Positions 38,997 through 53,246 are shown, counted from the first letter of the stretch. The stretch is 64,000 bases of DNA from Enoplolaimus lenunculus (GCA_030248215.1 JASANG010002092.1:372001-436000), one strand, 5' to 3'. The notes: generated by a model not told the origin, from the sequence alone. Numbers and translations: made by a program.

Positions 38997-41900
38997 ATGG
39001 TTGTAGCGAATATCGATCATAACAGCAGTTGCATTCAAACGTCGCAACAACAACAGCGTAGCGCAACCAGCAACCATAACAGCAGCAACACCAGCAACAA
39101 TAGTAATAACGTCACGACACTGTTATCAGGTGTTTATTCGGCGCAAAAATTTCGTCGCCTGGCTCCAAAGCCCACAAGCTGCAACAGCGCAAGTAGTACT
39201 GTAAATTCCTCAGCTGTCCCTGATACTAAAGTGGTAGTGTGTGGTATAGCTGGGTTGGTTGGAACAGCTTCTGCGTCTTCTTCCGATAGTATGATTCGTG
39301 CAAGCGGAACAACTCAGTTGTCCTCTCTAGCAGCGCCTAATAATCCTGCTGTTGCGCCAACCGCGAAGCAGTCAGGTACACAACTTGTTGGATTTTATGT
39401 TGGATTTTAGCACGGTTTTACGAAGTTTCTTAAAGCACGAACCGCAATTTTTACGGCATTCTGCCACTTCATTTAAACATTAAAAAATTGTAGTTGCTAA
39501 GTTATTATAGTTCAAAATTCTGAAAGGATTGCTTTCATCTCGTTCAGTTTAGTTAATAAGATGTTAAATTGAAATATACGTATTTGTTGAGTGAATTTGT
39601 ACGAGTAATGAAAACGAAGTAAAATTCAAAGTCATTCATTAGTCAGGTATGTAGGGTGCAATCGGAATTCCAATTCCGGCATTCTTCCACCCTCCGGTTC
39701 CGGTAAATTTTTACCAGAAATAAAAAATTCTGATATTGAATTTTGGCCAGTGGAAATTAAGATATGTTACTAAAAATGACGATAAAAATTAAATACATAG
39801 ATTCCCAGGAGTCGGAATTTTTACGGTTTTGTGGCAAATTATTCTGATCATTTAAATATTGGAAATTGTATCCTTGAAAATTGTTATTTCAACATGATTG
39901 TTTTTGTATTACTTGAATTTTCTTAAAAAACTGTTTGTTATTCAGCATTAAAGGGTTTTTGGGAGGGTGCGATCGGGTCGCAAAAAACCGGATACCTGTA
40001 GCGGATCCGGATAGTGATTTTTTACCGGGACCGGATGTTAACCGGATAGTGTGTTTTTAAAATAAATCAATTTTCGCACGTTAATGCGTCAGTAAAATTA
40101 TTATCGCTTCATTTTTGCTTTTAGATGGTTAGTTCAATGAGACAACTGAAATGCGTTCACTGAAATATATAAATAAAGGTGCTAAAATGTCAATTTTTGT
40201 ATTTTATTCGCTCAATACTACTGTATACTTACATGTAATGGGGCTGAACACATGACATCTCACTGCATAATTTGCAATAATTTGAGATTTACGAAATCAT
40301 CTCTGAAATCCGGTATCCAGTAGGTTTATACCGGATACCAGAACTGGATGCGGGTTATTTGCCGGATAGTAAATCGGAGCCGGATATCCGGTCGCACCCT
40401 GGTTTTTGGGTGTGAGAAATCTTAGCAAATTGTTTATAAACTGGCATATTAGCTTAATTAGTTATGCCTAAATTAGGACTTTCTAAATTATTTCACAAGT
40501 ATGTCCGGGCTTCGCTCAATACATGTAGTTCTACTGCGACTGGTGGTAAAAATTGCGGGCTCGGATGTATATTAAATATCAAATGTTGCAAACTACAATT
40601 CAAACAACAGTGTTTAGGATTGTACTTGTATCTCGAAAACATTATACTACATCTGGATTCGAGTTGCAGACTACAATTCTGTCATTGCTATTTATTCTTT
40701 TTTGTTACGATTTTTGTGAACATTCATGCGACGCCGAAACCATGATAGAGTTCACTATAGAGCAGTAGGTTGTTTTTTCCAGTTTCTGCTAGCGCTCAAC
40801 CAATGGCTCTTATCAGCTCATCGAATTCGCCATACAAATGTGCTGAATTCCTTGGGTCTCTTATTCGACTTGTTCATAATCCGAAGAACAATCGTTTTGC
40901 GCCAGCGCAAGGACAACAGGTTATTGCGTCCATACAGCGTTTAATGGTAAGTATATATACAGAAATTCTTTGTTGTCGGGTGCTAATCATTTTGTAAATC
41001 GATAAAAATTCCATTACTGTTCCTGCATTGAAAATGCAGGAATGGGAAATTTACATTTTTATGGTAGGATATGTTACTGAAAATGACAATAAAAATTAAA
41101 TACATAGATTCTCAGGAGACGGAATTTTTTCGGTTTTGTGGCAAATTATTCCCAATCATGTAAATCTTGGAAATTCCACATGAGTTTGTATTTTAGATTT
41201 TTGTGAAAACACATCAGAAATAGTAGATTAACAAGATTGACCTAATTGCAAAAACATTCATTTCGAAATAAGAAATTTTGTAGGTGGAAATTAAGATATT
41301 TTACTAAAACATAACGATAAAAATTAAATAGATTTCATTCGTATAGTTTATAAACCTTGACAATCGCCGACAATAAACCATCGAAGGTAGATTCCGCTTC
41401 TGTGGATTGTGAAAATCTAAAATACAGCAGATATATATTACAGATGTCCCGGGGCCAGAGAGTGCCAGGGCCATACGGTACCAGCAAAACAATGTCCCAC
41501 AGCGCGATTTAATCAAAATCCGAACGCAACGCAGTAATTTTATTACATTTCCATATGCAAAATGTTGCCTGACGCGATATGGCAAATAGCAAAAGCACAA
41601 CACTAACTTCACAACATGGGAGTGAGGTATCGTTCTCCCAGCGCAAAAAGTATCATAAAATCTGAAGTATAGAGTGTTTTACTGGCCCCGAGATCTGGAA
41701 CCATACTTTGTTTTCATAAATTTTGCGAACACAATCGTCAATAACTTTAATTTCAGCCAGACGTTTTTCTTTTGATCAGATACATGCCTATCGTTTTCAA
41801 ATAGAAAAAATTTCAAATTTTAGGACTACGTAGATCTTTGTTAGCCGTACGTAAATGCATTGAAACTCATTTCTCTTTTATTAGAATGCGGAAATTACAC

Positions 41901-42179
41901 CAGCCGATTTCATAGATGATTTGCGAACATTTATGACTGCGTCCAAACCACAACCAAATCTACGACCGTTCTTAGAGGTAAAAGTTTTTAATGTACAACT
42001 TCTCATGCATAACGTTTTTATCAAACCAACAGTTAAAATAGTGTTTTCTGTAAACGCATTTGTTTCGAATTCTACCGGTATAGCTTATTTTGATTCTGTG
42101 AGAAGACTATATGGTGCATTCATTGTGCACTATGCATGTGTAGTTGTAATACGCATAGGCACGACTAATTGCTACAAAA

Positions 42180-42257
<78 letters not shown>

Positions 42258-45200
42258 GGTGCAACCGGAATTACAATTTACCGGAACCGGAACCGGAATT
42301 GGAAAATTTTACCGGAACCGGAACCGGAAAATGAAAAATGCATTTCACCAAAAATTTCATTTTAGTCGTATTTTTTTGCTCTATTATTTGTGAAACAACC
42401 TTAGTCGAACACAGGTATTTATTTTATTTGTTGTATTTTAGATTTTCGTCGTCGACTGAAGTGAAATCCACCATCAACGGCTTATATTCTGAGTACAAGT
42501 GGCTTTCAAAAGAGATTCTTAAACGGCCAAATTATAACACCGGAAAAAAAACCACCGGAAACAAACGCCCGCAGGCGAAACCAGGGAAAAAAAACACCCA
42601 AAATTCCGGTTGCACCCTGAATATATGTATGTATGTATGTATGTATATATATGTATGTATGTATGTATGTATATCAGGGTGCAACCGGAATTCCGGTTCC
42701 GGCAATTTTTCACCTCCTCCCCACCAATTTTACCGGATTTGAAAATTCCGGTATTATAATTTGGCCGTTTTCTTAACTTTGCTAATTTTTAAGAATCTCT
42801 TTTGACAGCCACTTGTACTCCGAATATAAGCCATTGATGGTGGATTTCACTTCAGTCGATGATGAAAATCTAAAATACAGCAAATAAAATAAATAGCTAT
42901 GTTCGACTAAGGTTATTTCACAAATAATAGAGCAAAAAATAAGATTAAAATGAAATTTTTGGTGAAATGCATTTTTCATTTTCCGGTTCCGGTTCCGGTA
43001 AAATTTTCAAATTCCGGTTCCGGTAAATTGTAATTCCGGTTGCACCCTGATGTATATATATGTATATATATCAGGGTGCAACCGGAATTCCGGTTCGGCA
43101 TTTTTTCACCTTCCGGATCCGGTAAATTTTTACCGGATTTAAAAATTCCGGTGTTATAATTTGGCTGTTTTCTTAACTTTGCTAATTTTTAAGAATCTCT
43201 TTTGAAAGCCACTTGTACTCCGAATATAAGCCATTGATGCTGGATTTCACTTCAGTCGACGACGAAAATCTAAAATACTATTTGTATTCCGAGTTTACAA
43301 TACCAATTCCAAATCTGTCGATTTTTATTGCAGAATTTGAAAGCGATCCCGAACTTGTGTTGTAATGTAACAACTACGTATATATACTTAGTGGTTCCCG
43401 AAAATAATCGGATTTTAAATTGTTTTGCATGTTTGAGCTTCTCATGACTCAGGATGGTGTCTCCTGACCTGCTGAAGGCACGTCTAAATTAGAATTTTTG
43501 AACAATTCAATTAAAATCATAAAGTCCATTTGGGACTTGGGACAGCTATTCGACAAAATAAATACCATACCTATGTTCGACTAAGGTTGTTTCACAAATA
43601 ATAGAGCAAAAAATACGATTAAAATGAAATTTTTGGTGAAATGCAGTTTTCACTTTCCGGTTCCGGTAAAATTTTCAAATTCCGGTTCCGGTAAATTGTA
43701 ATTCCGGTTGCACCCTGATATATATAATATAATAATATAAATATAAATATATAAATTTTTTATACATTTTGCAGCAAAGCATTGGTCCCCTCCGTTTGAA
43801 AATGTTACAAGGCGAAGTGCAAATCAAAGGAATAAATCCTCCGCCTGCATCAGCGCTAGCAATCCATCACCAGCACCAAGTCATAGGTACTGGTGCCGTA
43901 CAAAGTCCGGCTGCGCCGGCAACTGTTATACTACAGACTCCTCCACAGACAGCATCGAACGCAGTATTGATCAACAGTAGTAATAATAATATTATACAAC
44001 AGACGCCAAATGCAACGTTGCCGTCGATAGATGCGGCGAGTCCACCTCGTCCTCAGGTTGGACAACAGGTACATAATGTGGTGGATACACGACAACTGCA
44101 AGCTGCAGTGGCTTCCGGTAGTAGTAGTAGTAATGCAGTTCCATCACTAATGATACGTAGTGCAGTAGACGGTCTTGCACCGCAAGGAACACCTACTGTT
44201 TCTGCGAATTATTCTGGGTCGGCAATGGTGCCAAACAGCGTAATATCTCGTCCTCTGTTACGGCCTCAACATCAACTGCAGCAGCAAGCGGCATCTTCGA
44301 ATTTTCACCAAAGGTCTCCAGTTCAGCAAGGATTAAGGCAACCCCCAATCTGTAAGGTGTCGACACTGGCAACCAGTAGTCACGACCTTACTCCCAGTAT
44401 TGTTCAACAATCGAGTTTAAGAATCGGTCTGGCTCAAAATGTAAGTGCTTTTTGTCTGCGATGGTTACATCGAAAGAGGGCGTGTTATTTATGATATAGG
44501 AAAATTTAATTCTAGGTCGTTGTTATCAAAAGTTGCTGCAACATGAATTATCGCTTGTTTTGAAAATTGTGTGAAACAAATAGAAACCCATTTCAAAGTT
44601 TTTAAAGGTAATAACTTTTGTTAGGGGTAGTCATTTATATACATATGCTTATGGGAATATGGTCTTCTCGAAATTTTGGGACAGTTTTGTTGAGTCAAGG
44701 TAAATTTTGGAAAAACTGTGAATTAGATAATGAATAAAATTAGTAACAAGTGTACGCTATTTTGTATCGTTACAAATTATTCACGCAGACGGGTGATATA
44801 CATGGCACTTGGCCGCAAGAATAATTAATGTTCTACGGCTCATCTAAAAGGTATAACGTTGTGCTGTACTAAATGTGGTTTGTGTTTTCAGGACGTGCCT
44901 TCATCTGTTTCGATGGTTAGCTCTAGAGGAATTGGAAGTGCGGTTATGTTTACCAACCCCGCATCTTCTCAAAATGGGTTGGTATCGCCGGATCTACAGC
45001 GTAAAAACAAATTAATAGGTAATGCCAGTCAACGCAGTAGTTGTGAAAACTCTAGCTCACTGAAGAAACCTAACAATGACGTCAGCAGCTTTGCTCCCGG
45101 CGAGATGCATAATGTTGCTTGCTCGACAGGTATTTCAACGCCGTCTAGTTTTGTATCGTCCATAACAAGTAATGTTCCTGTTTTGCCACAGCTAATGCAA

Positions 45201-48200
45201 CACCAGCCTCTGGTGCCAGCGCCGCTAGCTTCAACGGCTATAATTGATGTGAATGATTCACAGACTGCAAGTAATAATGTGATTTACTTAAGTGCGATGC
45301 AGACTAATCAAAGGCGGTCTTTATCACCGGTAACGCAAAGTTTCGACCAACGTCACGAAAATATTGCAACCCAGCGTGCCAGCGTATCAATAGTTTCCGC
45401 GACAGGAAGGACTACAACGCTGCCTAATAGCAGTGTCGGCAATAGTGCTTTAGATTCGGTAATTTCCAATGTTGCAAGTGCAAATACCGTTAATAATTTT
45501 ACAAGCAACAGTTGTATTGATGCGCCTGTGTATCAAACAACCGTTGGGGTAACACAATCTGGTTCGACGACTATGGCTTCGTCCGAACAGTCTTATACTC
45601 AACAACAGCTGTCAAAGCACTTGCAGCAGCAGCATCCGGTGATTGTAGATCCAAATATAGTCATTAACCGTTCTGTTAGAGCCTCAGCTAATGCTTTTGT
45701 AAACGTCGCAAATACGTGCGATGCCGCTGTTAACGATCTAGAAGTTGCTCATCCTGCGTCGCCTGAAAAATACAAGTGCGTGCGTATCTAAAAAGGACAA
45801 AAATTTTGATTTGTCCGACTTGTTGTGTTATGTTGCATTAAAATGCTCTAGATCTCAACGTCTGAACACACAAAACTACCGTGATATGAAAATAACAATA
45901 ATTTCGTAACCAAAAAGCCATCGGCGATCTATTCATGCGACGTTTCTGAAAATTGTTGCTAGCCAAGACACTCTAAATCAATGTTATATTTATTTAGCCG
46001 TATATTCACAAAATTTGTAGTTCCGATTCCGATACAGAATTGATGTCCCAATTCCGACATAATCCAGTTCCGCTTTTCACTCTGCCAAAAATTTAATTTT
46101 TGTTTAAATTACGCACTAAAAGGTTACATACGTAAGTTAGCTAAAAACTATATAAGCGAAAGTTTGCAAACACTACACGATCTCAAGATGCATAAAAAAT
46201 CATGCTGTAATTGAGAGAAGTTCGGAGTTTCGCGAATCGTTTTGTTTTGTAATGTACTCGGAGGTCGAAAGGTGGATACTCACTCGTCTATCCGTCCGGC
46301 GAGAATTTCAGAAACCGCTGAACGGATTTTGATAGACTTCGTTTGAAAGCTTATTGTCGTGGGGTCTTAAACTCGCATTGAAGTTTAAAAATTCAAATCT
46401 TTTTACTAGCTACAGGCTAATGTGCATAATTAGTTAAGCCTAAATTTCTCGCCGAAACGGGTCGGCTACCGCAAGAAATCGGCATCCGGCTCCGGCGTGC
46501 TACATTACCTGAAATTTAGTGCTTAAAACTGGACTATAATTGTATAATGTAGTCTTATTTTTAACCAAAATGGCAAAATTTGGCTACGAATTTGTTCGAA
46601 ATGACAAAAATAAGTATGTATATATACATCAAGAAGCTCAGGTAATACTTAAACTCTTGTAGAAAATAATTAATCGAAGCGTGGTGCGTTTTGTTTTGTG
46701 CTTCGAAAAGAATCTCAGAAACCGCTGAGTCGATTTTGATAAATTTTTTTGTTCGAAAGCTTATTATCCTGGGGTGTTAACCTCGTATTAGGATTTAAAA
46801 TCTTAGGCCGTTTATTAACGGCTACGGGCTAATTTGCATAATAATTGGTTAAACCAAAATATGGACTTTTTACTATATTTCACTAATTATTAGGGTTTCA
46901 ATACAAGTAATCTTATTGCAGTACTAAAGGGTTTTAGGGTGCGAGGAATCTAAATAAATTGTTTCTAAACCATCACGATGTTAATTCAACTAATTAGCAT
47001 ATTATTAGATTGTTTAGTTAAACCAAAAGCAGGACTGTTTACATTAAACCGATTTGATGTCAGTACTGAAGGGTTTTTGGGTGCGATGAATCTAAATAAA
47101 TTGTTTCTAAACTGCCACGATGTTAGTTTAACTAATTAGCATATTATTAGATTGTTTAGTTAAACCGAGAACAGGACTATTTACATTAAAGCGATTTGAT
47201 TTCAGTACTGAAGGGTTTTGGGTGCGTGGAATCAAATAAATTGTTTCTAAACTGCCACGATGTTAGTTTAACTAATTAGCATATTAGTTTGTTGAGTTAA
47301 GTCTAAATTAGGACTATTTACATTATTTTACTCATTGTTAGGGTTACAAAGCGATTTAATTTCAGTACTAAAGGGATTTTGTGTATGAGGAATTGGAATA
47401 AATTGTTTATAAACCTCCAAGCATATTAGCTATGCTAGCTAAGGCAGTTGAATGTTGTGTGTTGTTGGGTTTTAGGGTTCTCGAAAGCGTTTAGAAATTG
47501 GAATAGTTAAAAATTACGTAGTTAGATACATGCTAATTGGCATATTACCTATGCCAATGACAGCATTCGAGAGCGTTATAGTATTAACGCACCGGTTGCG
47601 AAAAATACTTCAACAACCGTGCCTTCAAAACTTAATTTAAACAAAAAACGATTAGTGTTTCGAAATAATAGCACTCAGTCATTTCTACGAAGCCAGATTT
47701 AAGTTAACTTCGGTGTTGTTAGCAGCGCAAATACGTATTCGTATCGCTAATAATAAACTACTTTACCATTAAAAACGATAAAATGCTTTAAAAAGGGATT
47801 TTTCGGAACAAGTATTTCATGTTTTTCGATTCTGGCTCAGTTATTATAGTTCAAATTCTGAAAGGATTCTTTTCATCTCGTTCATTTTAGTTGAGTTGTT
47901 TTTGTTGTTGTTGTTGTTAGATTAATATTTACTTGATGGGTGATTTTGTAAGATTCACGAAATAGTCGCATAAAGCATGTTTTTAATAAATTTACTTAAA
48001 AAATAAAACTGTAATTCTGTGTTGAAAATTTTTTAAATTCCGGTTCCTGTTGGAACCCTGGTTTCTGGATAAGAAACACTTAAATATGTCGCTCAAAACT
48101 TTCTACTTTTGCAAATTAGTAGCATACCGCTACTGAACATATATATTAACAATGTATTCTGTTCACATTTGAGCCTATTGTTATTACCACTACGACTGGT

Positions 48201-51200
48201 TCAGTTCGTTGTGAATTGATTGCGAACCTCCTGTATACCTAGATATATGTTTGCCAAACGCCATTTTAGAGATTCTGGTGCCGCAGACGACGATATCAAC
48301 GACGTAGCAGCAATGGGCGGTGTGAATTTAGCTGAAGAAAGTCACAACATTCTTGCATCGTCAGTGACTTCAGCTGATCTGCTCACCGCGGACACACTCG
48401 TGTGTGCCGAACGTGAATTCCTAGCCGTGACTACGCTTTCGCAACGCATCCAAAATATTGGTAGGCAAATATTGTTCAGCTAAAATGTTACATATGGGAA
48501 TTGCTGAACAAAATGAAACGCTGATTTTATAACGCAAACATGCTCAAAAATGTTTGATGATTGGCGAATACATACATTCAGTAATCCAGTGTTCCCGTTT
48601 GATTTTTCCTGTTTAGTAGCAGTGATGTCTGTCACAAAATTTACTCCAGCTCTAAAATTATTTCTAAGCAGAGCACTAAATCAGTCTCTTGTGTATGAAA
48701 CGCGACTTATAGTGATGTTTTAAATCATGGACAATTGTTGTATATACTCTTTCAGTATCGCGGTTTAATTTGAAAGCTGTGAATTCGGATGTTGTTTCGC
48801 TTCTTTCTCATGGCTGTCATGAGCGCATGCGTGATCTGCTTGAAAAGTTATCTGTGATAGCCGAACATCGTATGGTTCCTCTGAGGGTAAATTAAGCACT
48901 AGTTATTTCAAACGTAACTATTTGAAATGGACACAAGTCCTTGATGTAAAAAAATTACTGCAGTTCGCTGAACACTATAGTCATAAGAGATTTTACGTAT
49001 TTCTGAACTTATAATTCCTTATATTTATAAATCCAAGTGTGTGTATTTAAACTGTGCTCAGAATTATGCTTTTTTTAATTTCTGCTTGTTACAGCTGAAT
49101 CCGCTCTATGAAATATCTCAAGATGTTCGGGGGCAAGTGAAATTTATTGAAGAAATCGACAGATTGAACGCCCAGAAACACCAGGAACGTGAAAAAGAAA
49201 TTATATTTAAAGCTGCAAAGGTGTGAATTTTTAAATAATTTCTTCGGCGTAACGTGATGCCGTTCTTACAATCCGCATTCTGTTTTTCATGTGAAGACTT
49301 GCTTTGTATTTCTTTACATTCGCAGATAAGTTGATTACAAAAAGTTATTTACCCTATTGTCGTCCACCAAAAACAAAGCCATGAATAACATATTATATGT
49401 AAGCTAACTTACTCGAATGATTACAAGCTCAGAAGGTAGTGACAACTATATTTTGCTTCAAACACCGTGAAAAGAAATATCTATAATTAAGAATGGTATT
49501 TGAAAATTTGTGCAAGCTACATTACTGTGTACCCAAATACGTGTATATCGTAATTTTAGAGTCGTTCAAAAACAGAAGATCCTGAGCAGCAGAAGATGAA
49601 AGAACGTGCCAAGGAAGTAAGTGGTTAGATTCAGTGAACTGGGCCGGTTATCCCGATATCAGCAAGGTGTCAACAAATAGTACAACTAACAGACACGGGA
49701 AGAAAAATGGCGGTTGCACGCAAATTTTTAAGATTTAGGACGCCATATCGAACAATTGCTGCATACATATTTGTAATGAAACATTGTGAGTTATATATGT
49801 GATTTTTAACTAATATTGAGACAAAATAACAGAATTTCTGATATTTCTGTAACGGAAACGGGTATAGAGTTTTACCGGGAGCGGATATCCGGTTACACCG
49901 TGAATATCAGGATTCTACCGGAATCCCCTTCTGGTCGGACTTCCTGCAAAAACGCTATTCCTATTTGTGTTTCAGCGTTGAAACACGTAGGAACGAGAAT
50001 TTTTACAGTTTTGTGGCAAATTGGCAAGAATATGCTTAAAATTAAAAATTCATATTTCAAAAGTTTTCCTGAAGCTATGCAATTCGCAACATGTGTTTCG
50101 TCCGCACATTCCTAGTATTTTAATTTATTCGACGCATATTTTGTTGAACTTGGAAACTAAACGAATAGCATGTTACGTTTTGAATTTAGTCAGTTAGTCG
50201 TAATTCGATGGTGCAATATATTTTGGGCTGTTCCTGGTCCATTGAATAAATAAACTGTTGTGCCGTATATTAAACAATAGGCCTCGGATACACCTATTTT
50301 CATAAGCAACTTGTAAGTATTGGAGTAATGACAAAAAACAAGTGTCAAGGGCAAGGGAGTTCCAGCTTTAATCATACGTATACGTTTATAAGCGACGGAT
50401 AGTACGTATATTAAAATCGACAGTGCAAGACATTAATTTGAGACGCTTGCCATGTTCGGCAATATACAATAATAAAATATTGCGCTGTGGAAGCTTTGTA
50501 TGATTTTTTCAAAAATTTCCTTCAAAATGTCAGATATTCTGATAATTTACTTTAAACGGTACCCGTTACTAGTTAAATCCAGATTGTTTAGATATATTTT
50601 CAGCTCCAAAAACAAGAACAGGATGAAATTCGGAATCGAGATGCGAATGTTGCCGCTCAATTGGCTTTATCGTCTGTTCGTAAGAAGTCGCGTTTGGATA
50701 CTAGCAGTAGCAATAATAATTCGAACGTTGGTGACAAACTTGGATCTCGAATCGTGATAGCTGACCAAAGCACAACGTTTAAGTACAACGACGGCGTGGC
50801 AGGGTCCAAGAGTGATGACGCTTTTGTGTCTAGTAGCAACCTTGCGACAGTACGCGGTGTGTCTGGGCTGTGTACAACTGAGAACAGCTCTTCAAGTGTT
50901 AGAAATGAAGGTGCGACAACCTATACCGTTGGGGATGCGGCCGACGGTGGTGGAGTGTCACAGCGTAATACGGATTCTGCTTTATACTACAATCCTTTGT
51001 TGGAAGAGAATGCTCTGTCTGGATCGAGCGCTTCGGCGTCACTGCTTCAGCGGCACGGTACAGCTTCGTCACGCAGTGGAACTGCACTGCGGACGCAGGT
51101 TAGTTGTTTGCACCCGCATTCTCAAGTGCGTATAAAATTTATCGCCAGTTAGCTATAGGTTTTCAAACTGACAAACTGCTACAATGCGTAGTATCTATTG

Positions 51201-51736
51201 CCAGATAGTAGCAAGTTTTCAAACAATCGATCTGTCGCCGCTATGGTGCTTAAATTATGTAAACGGTTCATTATGCAGTAATATTTCAAATTTCAAACTT
51301 CATCATTCACCTAGTTGTTCTAAAGATATAAAACCTTTTCACAAAACTCAACTGGGTTAAAAATTGGACAAGCGCAGTAGGAATATTAACAACCATTGGT
51401 TGTAAATTTGAACGCTACTGTAAGCATACAGTGTACAGTCAATATCACGTTCTAACGGTGTAGCCGTTGAAATAGTCCAACACAGGTAATTCAGTTATAA
51501 GCATAACATTGGTCGTAAGTCAAAGTGACGCTGACGCATAATTTATGACCACGTTCAATATTTGATAGAAGATTTTTGTGTGCTTGCTAGTAATTAACGT
51601 TTGCATTCTGTTACAGGTTGCTCGACCGCGGTTAAAACGCGTCAATCACAGGGATCTCTCCTTATTAATTGCTCAGGATCCAAATCTACGACGAACCCAG
51701 CTCGCATATCGTTCGAGTTACTTGTCGTTGTCATAG
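38997..51736 (+). CDS. taf-4: Transcription initiation factor TFIID subunit 4 (TAFH/NHR1 domain, histone fold, conserved C-terminal domain), about 1101 aa
   Basis: Exons 38997-39375, 40783-40946, 41885-41977, 43775-44440, 44892-45775, 48270-48460, 48756-48886, 49095-49220, 49560-49616, 50604-51098, 51617-51736 (TAG); all GT-AG and phase-consistent (3306 nt). Motifs: TAFH-like KCAEFLGSLIRL...PQPNLRPFLE...IKGINPP; DDDINDVAAMGGVNLAEES; histone fold DVVSLLSHGCHERMRDLLEKLSVIAEHR; SRSKTEDPEQQKMKERAKE; RDANVAAQLAL; RPRLKRVNHRDL. Exon 1 and the start codon are the least certain part. Confidence 0.93.
39963..40401. mobile_element. hAT MITE (family D-like) in TAF4 intron 1
   Basis: GAGGGTGCGATCGG...CCGGTCGCACCCTG; perfect TSD GTTTTTGG; interrupts a HINE 3' remnant (subTIR GCTTCGCTCAA near 40509). 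Confidence 0.85.
42186..42254. repeat. (TA)n microsatellite
   Basis: About 34 perfect TA units; TA/TATG remnants continue between the following MITE copies. Confidence 0.95.
42255..43717. mobile_element. Three family A hAT MITEs (42255-42619, 42675-43049, 43072-43717) inserted in one TA-rich microsatellite
   Basis: Each is bounded by CAGGGTGCAACCGGAATT TIRs; TSDs ATGTATAT (copy 2) and ATATATAT (copy 3); copy 1 is inverted relative to copies 2 and 3. Confidence 0.92.
46210..47430 (+). mobile_element. Degenerate HINE-like element in TAF4 intron 5
   Basis: TCGGAGTTTCGCGAA...GGTCGAAAGGTGGA...TCCGTCCG head, partly duplicated near 46690, followed by tandem GGGTGCGAGGAATC units. Confidence 0.65.
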
Positions 51737-51854
51737 CACTTTGTCTTTGTTTCTGTTACATGAATAGTATATTATATAATATAACATGTCCTGATTGTTT
51801 GTGTCTTGGCTTTACTTTTGTTACGCAGCTCAGAAGCTAAACTTCATTGTTTTA

Positions 51855-51860
51855 AATAAA
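51855..51860 (+). promoter_or_regulatory. Candidate polyadenylation signal of TAF4
   Basis: AATAAA about 120 nt after the TAG stop. Confidence 0.4.
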
Positions 51861-53057
51861 ATTCATTGTTTTGCAGTCATAAAGCTAATCTTTTTCACAG
51901 GACAGTCACTAGTGCACCTTGTTTGCTGGTTCAATATAAAGAAACAAGACCCGGTTCTGTTTTGGGTTTCTAATAGTTGCCGCTTAAGTATGGTTGTATA
52001 GGTTTTACAAATGTGCTCATCGAAAGATTATTTTCAAAGATATATAAAGTTTGGTTATGAGAGACAATGTATTTTTCCTGGGTTTGTAGAATACCGATCC
52101 ACTTAACCGAGCTTTTTGCGCCTGTAGTGTTGTTATAATATATTGCAATAACGTTATATTATACAGAATATGCAGCTGCAGTAGAATATGTAATAGTTTT
52201 TGCTCACATAATATGGAATAAATTTTACGAAGTTTATAATCATTAGTGAATTTCAAGTATTTAGTCTTAATTTATTGTAAAAGTAACGTTTAGAATTTTT
52301 AAAACTAAAATTTCAATCTAAACGGTCCGCTTTTAGTTATTTGTTAACAACAGATTTTCATGATGGACAGAAATGCAGCACCGTAAAAATATGTTTCGTC
52401 ATAGCTTATACGTGTAAACATAATAAAATGTAACTACTAAATTAGAAATTAGAGCGGTTGATTGCTGCAAGGCATGGTGAAAAGGTCGAAGGACGTGAAG
52501 TGAAATTAGGTTTGTAACATAATGTTTGATAACTTAAGCAAATATCTGTAACGCAGGGTGAAGATCTGGCTTTAGTACAAAATTGACCTGCGGCTCCTGT
52601 AAAATTAATTTCGTTAGTGAAATTTTGCAAAGAGTTACAAAACTTATTTGTTTGGCGCGTTTCCTTAAAACTTTTGACACGGTTTTGAGGAGATAATTAT
52701 AGAGATTTCGTAAAAAATTAAGCGTAAAATCAAATATTTAACAACTAGACGGGCATTGGATATCCGGATATGCATCAAAAATGAAATATATCCGGATATC
52801 CGAAATATTGCTTAAATTTTTTTGGAATCATTTGTTTCAGTACTAAAGTAACGTAAAGAAATTCTTTATTCAAACCTAAGTCGGAATTGTATTCCGGCCT
52901 GGTAAAACTACTGACCAATAACCAGTCGCTCCGGCGTAACCACGTCGGCCAATGTTACTTTAAAGGCTGTCTCATATTCCCAGGACAGAAATGTGCCAGG
53001 AGTACCCGTCCCATTTTCCCGGGTTAGCAATGTACCAGGAGTACATTCAAAAAATAT

Positions 53058-53246
53058 AGGACAGATGGGACAAACGGGACAGTTTGGACAGATGGGACAA
53101 ACGGGACAGTTGGGGAACAGAAGGGACAGCTTAGACAAACGGGACAATTGGGACGACAAATGTTGGACAGATGGGACAAACGGGACAGTTGGGGAACAGA
53201 AGGGGTAGCTTAGACAATTGGGACGACAAATGGGATAGTTGGACAG
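53058..53246. repeat. GGGACA-based minisatellite (about 9-bp subunits)
   Basis: GGACAGATGGGACAAACGGGACAGTT repeated with variants; produces the spurious CPVCPICP / GQMGQTGQ ORFs. Confidence 0.85.
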
